A stretch of 64,000 nt of DNA, taken from positions 26,478 through 90,477 of the IMG/VR virus record IMGVR_UViG_3300030116_004360; one strand, 5' to 3'. The notes below the pieces were generated by a model. That model did not search any database, had not been told where the DNA came from, and saw only the letters and a program-made list of their open reading frames with translations. Made by a program: the position numbers and the translations under genes. Positions 21,589-30,729 of this stretch are shown piece by piece (the stretch's first letter is position 1; the number at the start of each line of letters is the position of its first letter). This stretch comes from a virus.

Positions 21589-22460
21589 AGATTTCCCTCC
21601 TGAAGTTCAGGAATACCAAACCATTCATTTTTACCATTAGTAGAAAATATAACCCATTTATTACCAACTAATTCAGGATTAGTTTTACTTGCTTGTAATT
21701 CAGCAACATATTGAGTTACACCACCCTTCTTTGTTTTGTTAATATGAATCATTTGAATAAACCTCGCTGGTGTTGATTTATGCCAATCAGGAACTTCACC
21801 GATAGGAACAGGATTAACAATATCTCCATATATAGGTTTCATATGAGTAATGATATATCTATCACACATTAAATCCATGAAGTTATCTAGTAACCTATTA
21901 TAGATTCTATTTCTTACTTTCCAATCTAAAGGATTTACACGAATAGAATCGGTATCATGAATAATAGTTCCTTCACGCTTATTACTTTTAACTAAATGCG
22001 CTCTAAGAACATCACCGGATGCTTCATAGGCTTTATCTAAACCATCAAGAATAACGGCCTTAACATTACCTTCTTCTATTTCTTCTCTACAATATCTAAT
22101 AAAAGAATTAGCATTATCAAAGGACGCTTCATGATTTTCTGTTCCATCAGCATTAAACTGTCTTGGAGTAAAGATTACAATATTAGGGTCACGATTATGG
22201 CATGAATCCCACGTAGGTTCAGAACCATTATCCCAATCTAATACCATTACTTTTAATCCTTGTTTAATTTCTTCTTCTGTTCTACAATCTAAAGCAATTC
22301 CAGTTTTACCCACTTTAGGGTCGCCAGTAATTGCACAATTGATATACGACCTATCTCTTGATATTCTATTTGATATTTGAGATAACATCTGTTCTTTTAA
22401 TAAAGCATATTTACTTTTTTCATTTGCATTTTCATCTTTCTTTTCAGTATTCCAAGCCAT
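21585..22460 (-). CDS. RecA-superfamily/AAA_24 (Sak4-like) ATPase
   Basis: Walker A GDPKVGKT and Walker B VILDGLD; adjacent to an SSB-like gene. Confidence 0.7.
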   Translation of the reverse strand: MAWNTEKKDENANEKSKYALLKEQMLSQISNRISRDRSYINCAITGDPKVGKTGIALDCRTEEEIKQGLKVMVLDWDNGSEPTWDSCHNRDPNIVIFTPRQFNADGTENHEASFDNANSFIRYCREEIEEGNVKAVILDGLDKAYEASGDVLRAHLVKSNKREGTIIHDTDSIRVNPLDWKVRNRIYNRLLDNFMDLMCDRYIITHMKPIYGDIVNPVPIGEVPDWHKSTPARFIQMIHINKTKKGGVTQYVAELQASKTNPELVGNKWVIFSTNGKNEWFGIPELQEGNL

Positions 22461-22659
22461 TTTTATTCACCTTTCTATATTTATTCCATAATTCTATAAA
22501 TTCATTTCTTTCTTTTTTAGTTTTAAATCGTTCTCTAAGGTATTTGCCAGAAGGCATATGAAACTTAGCCCAATAAGTTCCATCTTCATCATTTTGTTTC
22601 CAAGTAATAAATTCAATATCTCCTAAAAGAACGCTATATCTTTCTGTTTGATATAACAT
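22444..22659 (-). CDS. hypothetical protein
   Basis: 71 aa ORF with an upstream GGAG RBS. Confidence 0.6.
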   Translation of the reverse strand: MLYQTERYSVLLGDIEFITWKQNDEDGTYWAKFHMPSGKYLRERFKTKKERNEFIELWNKYRKVNKNGLEY

Positions 22660-22761
22660 ATTAATTTCTCCATTAAATAGGCGAGAGAATGAGATTGCCG
22701 ATGGAGGTGAACACTCTTATCCCATTTTTAACTGTGTTAAAAACTCTCATGATTAATTTAA

Positions 22762-24060
22762 TTAGAACCAATCAAAATCTTCTTCATCTGGATTATCGTA
22801 TTCAACAACCGCACCACGACGATTAATTACATACAATCCTTGAAGATTGATTGATACATCTCCTAATGAACCATCTTCATTCTTTCCTTGACTAGTTCTT
22901 CCAACAACAAGAACATGACTTCCAATACCAAAATCAATATCAATTGACGGAGGAATCCATACAGTTGTTGAAGATGTTCCACCATCATTATAATCAAAAT
23001 CTGCATTTAAGTCACTAAGATAAATAATCCTATTTCCATTCTTTGTAGGTTGAGGTCGAATATTAACTACATCACCATCACTAATAACCATCTTTTCATT
23101 CCACGGCTTATCCATAGATTGAATATGATATTGTCCTAAACCTAGTAAAGGACTCATATAGTTACCCATTGTTGAGGCTAAAGTATCTGAAATGTTAATA
23201 GTTGATTCATCAACCTTATATTCACATTCAGCAGATAATTCATCATTATACTCTAAACTCAATACTGTTTGAAAATCTTTATCAATTCCATAAATCATTC
23301 CCTTTTCATCATTTACCATACCATTGAAATGCAATAGTCGGAAAGTTTCCGGCTTGAAAGTTTGTGCGCTATTTCCACGAATACGGAACATATAGTGCTT
23401 AGGTTGTCCACTAACTGAACCAACAAAATGACCTGTTAATTGCCAATTATCTTTAGGTAGTGGCCTTCCATAATTAGGATTAGCAGAACCATTCCAACCT
23501 GTTTTTTGAGTATTAAGTGGAATAACCCATTTTCCTTCATCAACCTCTCTAGCAATTCCGGGCAACTTTTCTACATCTTTTACCTTTTCTTCACCATCAT
23601 GTTTTGCAGATAATTGATAACCTTCACCGTTTGAAACGGCAATTGCTACCATTCCTACTTCATAAGTAGTTTGTGGGTCACGTTGATATTGAGCAACTGC
23701 TTTATTTGCAGAAAGGTCACTAAAGTTCTTAGCATCTTCCATAGCAACAAAGAATCCAAATATCTTCTTTGGGCCATTATCATTATCATTCATAGCATTA
23801 TTGTTATTATTGTTATCAGGGTTTTCCTGACGCTTCTTTTGTTGAACAAACCATTGATTGAAAAGCCCTAATGCGAGTCGTGGAGATTCAGATACATTAA
23901 TCTGATTCTGGCTACAAATCTCATCAAACCTTTCTTTTGTTTGTTCAACAGACCAATTAATAACATCGGCTGCTTTCTTTATGTTTTCCATTATTTCTTC
24001 TTCATTCATTTCTTTCACCTTTATTTTTATTTCTTTCACTTCATTTGTGCTATCATCCAC
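22762..24060 (-). CDS. putative ssDNA-binding protein (RPA-like OB folds)
   Basis: C-terminal OB-like region (GDVVNIR…IYLSD…GSHVLVVGRT) and acidic aromatic tail EEDFDWF, in a replication context. Confidence 0.6.
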   Translation of the reverse strand: MDDSTNEVKEIKIKVKEMNEEEIMENIKKAADVINWSVEQTKERFDEICSQNQINVSESPRLALGLFNQWFVQQKKRQENPDNNNNNNAMNDNDNGPKKIFGFFVAMEDAKNFSDLSANKAVAQYQRDPQTTYEVGMVAIAVSNGEGYQLSAKHDGEEKVKDVEKLPGIAREVDEGKWVIPLNTQKTGWNGSANPNYGRPLPKDNWQLTGHFVGSVSGQPKHYMFRIRGNSAQTFKPETFRLLHFNGMVNDEKGMIYGIDKDFQTVLSLEYNDELSAECEYKVDESTINISDTLASTMGNYMSPLLGLGQYHIQSMDKPWNEKMVISDGDVVNIRPQPTKNGNRIIYLSDLNADFDYNDGGTSSTTVWIPPSIDIDFGIGSHVLVVGRTSQGKNEDGSLGDVSINLQGLYVINRRGAVVEYDNPDEEDFDWF

Positions 24061-24947
24061 GATGCTAAAACTCTTGGAGTTACAGTTTCACTTCTCCATT
24101 CAGTTTCGCCTATAATACGAAGCATTTTATATTTTACACTCGCATCAAATTTACCATTTATAATTACATCGTGAAGGCCATTACAAATGATTTTCATAGT
24201 TTTTCCATTATAGATTTCTGCGTATAATTTTTCTAAAGCATCATCTAATTTATTATCAATTACAAATTCAATTATTTGTTGATAATCAGTTAGGGATTTA
24301 GTCATTTGAACCGATAAAGTCGTATTTGAATTTATTGCGGCTTGTAATTCAACTATTGCCCTACGAATATCACCACCGAACCCACCTATAAAGGTTTGCA
24401 GATTCTCAATGGGTGGAATTGGCTTATTTTCCTCTTCAAGGATTAGTTTCAATACATTTAGGATAGAATCGTTAGAAACCGTCCCAAAGTAATAATTTGC
24501 ACATCTTGATTGAAGGGGATAGACAATCTTAGACCTATCGTTCGATGTGAACACAAAACGAACATGGTCTGAATATCGCTCCATTATCCTTTTCAATGCA
24601 TTCTGAGCGTCATTAGTCATATTCTCCATCTCATCCAATAAGATGATTTTAAATGGAACATCACCAATAGTTCCGCTTTGTGCAATATCTTTAATTTTTC
24701 CTCTAATTACATCTAACTTCCTATCATCACTCGCATTGATTTCAAAGAAATTAGATTGCATATTTTCTCCTAATATCTCATATCCTAAAACATATGCCGT
24801 TGCAGTTTTTCCTGTTCCGGCAGGACCGTATAATAATAAATTAGGCATATCTTTTAGAAGCACCCAATTTTCTGCATCCATTTTAAAATTCTCTTGTCCA
24901 ACAATTTGACTTAATTTTGTTGGTCTATACTTTTCTGTCCATAACAT
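24036..24947 (-). CDS. rfcS: replication factor C small subunit (clamp loader)
   Basis: LWTEKYRP, GPAGTGKT, EINASDDR, IILLDE, LQSRC and GDIRRAI. Confidence 0.95.
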   Translation of the reverse strand: MLWTEKYRPTKLSQIVGQENFKMDAENWVLLKDMPNLLLYGPAGTGKTATAYVLGYEILGENMQSNFFEINASDDRKLDVIRGKIKDIAQSGTIGDVPFKIILLDEMENMTNDAQNALKRIMERYSDHVRFVFTSNDRSKIVYPLQSRCANYYFGTVSNDSILNVLKLILEEENKPIPPIENLQTFIGGFGGDIRRAIVELQAAINSNTTLSVQMTKSLTDYQQIIEFVIDNKLDDALEKLYAEIYNGKTMKIICNGLHDVIINGKFDASVKYKMLRIIGETEWRSETVTPRVLASWMIAQMK

Positions 24948-25255
24948 TATTTCACCTCTTGTTCATATTTTTTAATATCTATTTTCCATGCTGCATTTCT
25001 TTTATTTACATTTTCAATATAATTCAAAGAAGACAAATATCTTCCTGTTGCATAAGCCGTAGGCATATTTCTCATATGAAATGTAAGATGCGCCCCAGTC
25101 ATTTTAAAATAATCTTCGGCATTGTCTTTAGCCATCCAAAGAATATCTTTAGACCTAAAGGGTTCATTTCCATATATTAAATACCATAAATTTAAACCGT
25201 AATCAATATACTTTTTATGTTGTGGTTTAATTACCTGTCTTGTTTTACTCTTCAT
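24947..25255 (-). CDS. hypothetical protein (possible winged helix)
   Basis: 102 aa basic ORF in the operon. Confidence 0.55.
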   Translation of the reverse strand: MKSKTRQVIKPQHKKYIDYGLNLWYLIYGNEPFRSKDILWMAKDNAEDYFKMTGAHLTFHMRNMPTAYATGRYLSSLNYIENVNKRNAAWKIDIKKYEQEVK

Positions 25256-25952
25256 TTTTATTCACCTTTTGTATAACTATTTTCATTATTTGTTGATATT
25301 CATATTCTAATTGTTCTTTCAATATTTTTGGGTTTAGGCCCTTTGGGTTCATTAATCTTTTGATTCTATCCCTTTCTCTTCTTTTTTGCTTTTGTAATAA
25401 AGACCTTTCTTTCTTTGGAATAACTCTATCTCTTTGAAATATCAATCCTTTTTCATAAAGTTTACGCCTAGCGTGACTAATCATTGGCGGCTTAACTCCT
25501 AAAGTTTCGGCTATTTCAGAGACAGTCAATATCGAATGATTTTCAATTATATATTGTTGATTTTCTTTCAACCAAAGATTGAATGCGTGATTTCTTTTTC
25601 TTCCATCCTTTCTTTTCAAAGAAGAATATATTTTCAAAATTCTATTTGACCATGCTTCAAACCTTTCTCTTGCCTTTTCAAGACAAAGGGAATCCTCTTC
25701 GTGTCTTTTATAAACTCTGTTAAATTTATAAGATTCAACATAGTAATTATCACCAGTTTCTATTAACACACAAAGTTCATTAAAGGTTTCTTCATCTAAT
25801 TTTAAGGCTACCGTTTGCCACACACGACTAATTGTAGTGCTAGAAAACTTCGATGTTTTTTTAAACAACCTAAGTATTTCTTTTTGACTACTATAACTAG
25901 CACCAAAAATGGCTAGAAATTCTCTTTGATATTGACTAACCATCATAACCAC
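25245..25952 (-). CDS. HTH-containing protein
   Basis: HTH pattern LTVSEIAETLGVKPPMISHARRKL. Confidence 0.6.
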   Translation of the reverse strand: MVMMVSQYQREFLAIFGASYSSQKEILRLFKKTSKFSSTTISRVWQTVALKLDEETFNELCVLIETGDNYYVESYKFNRVYKRHEEDSLCLEKARERFEAWSNRILKIYSSLKRKDGRKRNHAFNLWLKENQQYIIENHSILTVSEIAETLGVKPPMISHARRKLYEKGLIFQRDRVIPKKERSLLQKQKRRERDRIKRLMNPKGLNPKILKEQLEYEYQQIMKIVIQKVNKNEE

Positions 25953-26800
25953 TCTGTTAAACTACTTCTTCCTTTAGGAATTACCCTATCAGTTTTTTTC
26001 TTTCTTTTCTTTTCACCGAGTCCTAATAATCTACACTCGGCATTATTTAATTTTGTTTTAGCCCATTCTGAAACTAAGTCATCTTTTACTAAATCACGAA
26101 GTAAGTATTCTTCATGGGACTTTAATTTAAGCCTTCTACATAAACCCGGAATCTTAGAGTAAGTTCCTCTTTTTGGAAATTGAGGTCTATTAAAATCTCT
26201 ACCATCATATAAGTATGCTAACATCTCATAGAAATATTTCATAGGTAATCTTCTTCTTACTCTAGCATCAACATAAATTAATCTATTTGGGTGAATATTT
26301 TCATTCAACCAAGACATAATTTGTGTATCTGATGGTTTGTTTACCTTTAGTTTATGTGCTACCTTATCTCTATCTGTTTCTCTTAGATATTCCATTACGA
26401 TACCAAATATCGCATCTTCTAATAAATACGGTTCTGAACTTCTAGGAGCAAGAACTTTTATTTCTTCTCTTAAATGATTCTTAGAACCTACCCTTTTTAT
26501 TTTACAAAGGGCTTTAATTTCTGATGGTATATCTTTTTCATTATGGCAAGTCAATACTAAAGGACCGGAATAATCTATTATTAACGATTTAATTAAATCA
26601 ATATTTGCCTTGTAATGAATATCCTCAATAATTATCCCCTCATCGGTGAGAGAATAAATATCTAATTCAGGCATTAGATTAGCAAAATATCTATTTGCAT
26701 CAGGTAACATATCAATAGCAGTTGTAGATTTACCCGTTCCTGCTTTTCCAACTAAAATTATAGGTTGAGTTTCTTGTGCGATAGTTAAAAATCCCATCAA
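25943..26800 (-). CDS. RFC large-subunit-like AAA+ protein
   Basis: Walker A GKAGTGKS, IIIEDIH, LVLTCHN and a PIP-like C-terminus SSLTEWL. Confidence 0.7.
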   Translation of the reverse strand: MMGFLTIAQETQPIILVGKAGTGKSTTAIDMLPDANRYFANLMPELDIYSLTDEGIIIEDIHYKANIDLIKSLIIDYSGPLVLTCHNEKDIPSEIKALCKIKRVGSKNHLREEIKVLAPRSSEPYLLEDAIFGIVMEYLRETDRDKVAHKLKVNKPSDTQIMSWLNENIHPNRLIYVDARVRRRLPMKYFYEMLAYLYDGRDFNRPQFPKRGTYSKIPGLCRRLKLKSHEEYLLRDLVKDDLVSEWAKTKLNNAECRLLGLGEKKRKKKTDRVIPKGRSSLTEWL

Positions 26801-27201
26801 ATAACGCCCTTAATTTCTAAAATTCTTTCTAACCCTTCTTGAGTTAAATGTTGACCATTTTCATACAAATTGAAAATTTCTTTAAATGGTTGCCAATTAC
26901 CTTTAGCATCCGGTAAATCAGGAACTAATTGTATTGTCCTATAAATATTAGTAGCACCACTAACTCTTAGTATAGGTAAAGGTCTAGCCTTATGTTCGTA
27001 ACTTCGATATTGGGATTGAATATCATATTGAGCAAAAGTTCTTTCTAAAGCCAAAAGGAAATCTGAACTTCCTCTGAAGTTTAATCGTAAGCGAACTTTA
27101 TATCCCGTTCTTAATCTATTATCTCTTGATACATGAATTTCAGGCTTAGGTAAACTTAGTAAGATACCTTCTAATTGTTCTTTAGTAAACATATTAATCA
27201 C
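26797..27201 (-). CDS. LAGLIDADG-fold protein (degenerate homing endonuclease)
   Basis: EQLEGILLS helix, YKVRLRLNF strand and C-terminal HLTQEGLERILEIK, typical of single LAGLIDADG domains. Confidence 0.65.
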   Translation of the reverse strand: MINMFTKEQLEGILLSLPKPEIHVSRDNRLRTGYKVRLRLNFRGSSDFLLALERTFAQYDIQSQYRSYEHKARPLPILRVSGATNIYRTIQLVPDLPDAKGNWQPFKEIFNLYENGQHLTQEGLERILEIKGVI

Positions 27202-27487
27202 CTCTAATTATAAATGCTAACAATACACAAATTGTGCAGATATTTACAATATTCACCATCATCAAAATTCTATTACTTTTATTTATCATTACTAACAACT
27301 CCTTTAATAAATCATTCGTTTCGTCCATCATTCCCATCTTTGTCCATCCCCTGTTCAATATCAACTAATGTTGCTCGACGCGAGAGGTTATTAAACATAC
27401 TCATGATTTCTTCTACCTCTTTTTGTGTTTCATCCCATACCTTTTCATCAGTATATTCAAATCTAATTGTTATATATTTACTATATT

Positions 27488-27937
27488 TCATTTTAATCCA
27501 TCCATATATTTAGCGTTTTCTGCCCAATAACCTCGACCTGCATCAGGAGGCAATTGTAAAAAATACCAATGAGCAGGTTTTAATGTCTTATGATTATTTT
27601 CTTCTGCGTTTTCCTTAGCATACCAAGCAAGTTCAGTAATTAAATCAGTAATATGTTCATGAACAAATTTAACTAAGTCACGACTTACAGGCATATTAGT
27701 TTCTTCACGAATTAACTTTGCTATTGGTATCTTAAGCCCAGAAATACTCTTTTCTCTCTTAGGTTTTTCAGGAATAATTAAATCCCCATCTTTAAAATAA
27801 GGAACCATATGTGCGGCCATTTGCATATATCTTCCTCTAGTTTCAGAAACCTTTTTCATAAAGGCAATACCTTCATCAATCTTTATACAAGTATATGGTT
27901 CATTATCAATTATAGTAAAATCATCTATCTCTATCAT
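27488..27937 (-). CDS. histone-fold domain protein
   Basis: C-terminal IPIAKLIREETNMPVSRDLVKFVHEHITDLITELAWYAKENAEENNHKTLKPAH resembles archaeal HMf/NF-Y histone folds. Confidence 0.65.
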   Translation of the reverse strand: MIEIDDFTIIDNEPYTCIKIDEGIAFMKKVSETRGRYMQMAAHMVPYFKDGDLIIPEKPKREKSISGLKIPIAKLIREETNMPVSRDLVKFVHEHITDLITELAWYAKENAEENNHKTLKPAHWYFLQLPPDAGRGYWAENAKYMDGLK

Positions 27938-29496
27938 TAAGCATACCTCCTAACCATTTCTTCGTATGTATCAATATCCGCAACAGGTTTATCATTACGA
28001 ATTCTTTTACATCTAGGGAATCTTAAAGCATAAGTTTCATCTTCATTTTTAGTTACTACATCTCCTGTAACTTCAAGAACAACGCGAGGTAAAAATAAAT
28101 ATGTATCCTTTTCAGAGGATATAATTATCTTACGAAGTTCGTTAGTTAATCTAAATAAATCTGTATCAGAAAAACCTGTTCCAACGGAACCTATCTGAAT
28201 AAATTCATTTTCGTGTTTAACTGATATATCAAAAGAACCAAATACATTTGCTCTTTTACCATCACCATATCTAGCACCAGTAATAACCACATCTAATTCA
28301 ATTAATGGTGGCTTATATTTAATCCAATCTTTAGACCTTTTTCCCGGTTGATATAATGCATCAGTTGGTTTAATAATGATTCCTTCAAAACCATCTTGAA
28401 TTGCTGAATGATAAAAACCCATAACTCCCATTTCATCTGTATTTTCACTCCAAATCCTATGAGTTGGAAAGGGACCGTTGTTGTAGTCCCACTTACTTAA
28501 TCTGTTATATAATGTTTCATCCATAAAAGATTCACCATCCATTTGTAACATATCAAATATAACAAACTTAACTGGACATTTTTGAACTGCATCCATCTTA
28601 TCTTTTGAATGAACTCTAGTGCCTAACTTTTGATGCTTTTCAGGAGTCCCATCTTCTTTAATAGGATAAATCTCTCCATCAACAATAAATTCATTTGGTA
28701 GATTTGATTCAAGAATTTGTTGAACAATATCAGGAAATTGGTCAGTAGCATCTTTACCTTTACGATTAAAAATAATTACTCTATCGTTCTTTCTATGAAC
28801 TTGATACCTATTACCATCATACTTATATTCTACAACATAATTATTATTAGGCCACTTATCTTTAGGTAAGGCTTTTGCTAACATAGGTTTAATAAAATTA
28901 CCAAAGCCTAATGTGTTTGGAACTTCTATATTATTCTCATAAAATGAAATAACTTCATCAATAGGTAAAGCACGAATATCTACTTCCATCTTCTTAAGGT
29001 CTTTATTATAATATTCAGAAACGGCCTTCACTAAATTTTTATTCTGAAAACCATTACGAGGTTTTCTTAACCAATACCGAATAAACCATTTCTTTTCTAG
29101 GCTATTCATCTTATTGAACATCTCTTCAAACAATCTAAAAACATCACCATCAGAACGACTACAATCTAGAGTTAAAATACGAAGTAATTGATTTAAACTA
29201 ATCCCACTTTCTCCTTCCATATAACCATCAAAATTATGAACTCCATCAGCCAAATCACCATACATAGATGAAAAGGTTTCTATTTCATCTTCATATACAC
29301 CATAAGCATTAGCAACCCATTTTACTGCTTTCTTCTTAGCGATATTATTTGGTTCAAGGTCTAGATTTAAAATCTTCACTAGAACTGTTTTATTGTTAGA
29401 TTTATCAAATGCTTCTTGAAAGAGTTTAACTTTAAATGTTGGAGCAACAGTTTCTATACTTTCATTAAACTGTGCAAATTCATATAAAGTATTCAT
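27937..29496 (-). CDS. lig: ATP-dependent DNA ligase
   Basis: KPMLA, EYKYDGNR, VDGEI, FDML, EGIIIK, WIKYK and LRFPR. Confidence 0.95.
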   Translation of the reverse strand: MNTLYEFAQFNESIETVAPTFKVKLFQEAFDKSNNKTVLVKILNLDLEPNNIAKKKAVKWVANAYGVYEDEIETFSSMYGDLADGVHNFDGYMEGESGISLNQLLRILTLDCSRSDGDVFRLFEEMFNKMNSLEKKWFIRYWLRKPRNGFQNKNLVKAVSEYYNKDLKKMEVDIRALPIDEVISFYENNIEVPNTLGFGNFIKPMLAKALPKDKWPNNNYVVEYKYDGNRYQVHRKNDRVIIFNRKGKDATDQFPDIVQQILESNLPNEFIVDGEIYPIKEDGTPEKHQKLGTRVHSKDKMDAVQKCPVKFVIFDMLQMDGESFMDETLYNRLSKWDYNNGPFPTHRIWSENTDEMGVMGFYHSAIQDGFEGIIIKPTDALYQPGKRSKDWIKYKPPLIELDVVITGARYGDGKRANVFGSFDISVKHENEFIQIGSVGTGFSDTDLFRLTNELRKIIISSEKDTYLFLPRVVLEVTGDVVTKNEDETYALRFPRCKRIRNDKPVADIDTYEEMVRRYA

Positions 29497-29951
29497 TCTT
29501 CTTCATCTCCAAACATTTCTTCAAACTGTTTAATTGTATTTACATACATTTTACTTAGAAATTGTGTTGTTTTATACATCTCATCAAGTAGTTCTTTACC
29601 TCCAGAGCCTAATGACTGTGATACACCCACTAAACCAACCATAGCAATAAAAGCCTTTAAATGTGCTAGTGTAATATTCATAGAGTTTATTACCTGCTTT
29701 CTATGTTCACGGTCGTCATTAATTCTAAACATAGATTTTAGAGTTTCTATATTATTTAGCCACACAAGTTCTTTAACTTTATCACTTTCATCAGAACCAT
29801 ATACATCATCATATGTTGCATCTGCACCTAGATATAAACCACTACAAAAATTATCTATCAATTCATCTGGCAAATCTCCCTTCATTTTTTCTTGTAATGT
29901 ATGTAATATATCATCTACTTTGTGCATTTGTTCTTTCTTATGTTTATTCAT
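29493..29951 (-). CDS. hypothetical protein
   Basis: 152 aa ORF coupled to the ligase gene. Confidence 0.65.
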   Translation of the reverse strand: MNKHKKEQMHKVDDILHTLQEKMKGDLPDELIDNFCSGLYLGADATYDDVYGSDESDKVKELVWLNNIETLKSMFRINDDREHRKQVINSMNITLAHLKAFIAMVGLVGVSQSLGSGGKELLDEMYKTTQFLSKMYVNTIKQFEEMFGDEEE

Positions 29952-30223
29952 TACTGATACCTCCCTAGTATTAAATCTGCAAAAGCAATATCAACATGAT
30001 GTGGCATTACTTTTGAATATCTTTTATCTCTTTCTAATGCCAAAGAAACTAGATTGCCTAGCCTTTGCATTAATATCTCACTTCTCTCTTGAAATTGTTC
30101 AATTGATTCAGGAGATAATGTCTTTCCTTTTGTTTGTTCTTTTAATGTTCTTTTTGATTCTTGATAACTTACCATTTTAATCACCTCTTGAAAATAAACA
30201 GGTTGAACTGCCGTCCTACGCAT
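29951..30223 (-). CDS. small histone-fold protein
   Basis: KRTLKEQTKGKTLSPESIEQFQERSEILMQRLGNLVSLALERDKRYSKVMPHHVDIA has histone-fold spacing. The real start is probably MVSYQ after GAGGTGA. Confidence 0.55.
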   Translation of the reverse strand: MRRTAVQPVYFQEVIKMVSYQESKRTLKEQTKGKTLSPESIEQFQERSEILMQRLGNLVSLALERDKRYSKVMPHHVDIAFADLILGRYQ

Positions 30224-30267
30224 CTAGAATCCTAGACGCTTAGAGTAGCAGTTGAACCGGACTATTT

Positions 30268-30666
30268 TCACTCTATCATTTCACCTCTAATGAATTTATT
30301 TACTTCATTAAAGGTAAAGAAATACCTCGGTATCTCTAATTCGTCCAATCTATTTACAACCCAACAAGCCCCACCTAAACTACTTATTTGGACTATTTCA
30401 TAAGTAGCCTTTCCTTTTTGAATTACTTCTTTAGTTCCTATTTCAGGAGTTAATCCATAAATTCTAGTTAATTCTTTAGCGATACTATCCATATTTTCTG
30501 CTACATATTTAATTATATGAGTTCTTTGAATAGGAACCTTTGCATCTACTTTAACTTTAATTTTTCCAGTCCAATCACAAACTTTACATTTGTTTGCATC
30601 ACATATTGGACATTTTATTTCTGCCGGTAAAGGTGCTGGAAATCTTACAGTTACAGTTTTTTTCAT
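30268..30666 (-). CDS. Zn-finger protein
   Basis: CPICDANKCKVCDWTG. Confidence 0.6.
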   Translation of the reverse strand: MKKTVTVRFPAPLPAEIKCPICDANKCKVCDWTGKIKVKVDAKVPIQRTHIIKYVAENMDSIAKELTRIYGLTPEIGTKEVIQKGKATYEIVQISSLGGACWVVNRLDELEIPRYFFTFNEVNKFIRGEMIE

Positions 30667-30729
30667 GGGTTTGCCTCCATATATTCTATAACCACTTCAT
30701 CTATTTCTTTGTCTGGACCCTTTGGTTCT

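Noticed and set aside
23775-23820. Asn-rich low-complexity repeat in the SSB-like gene
   Set aside because: It is an ordinary flexible linker between domains.
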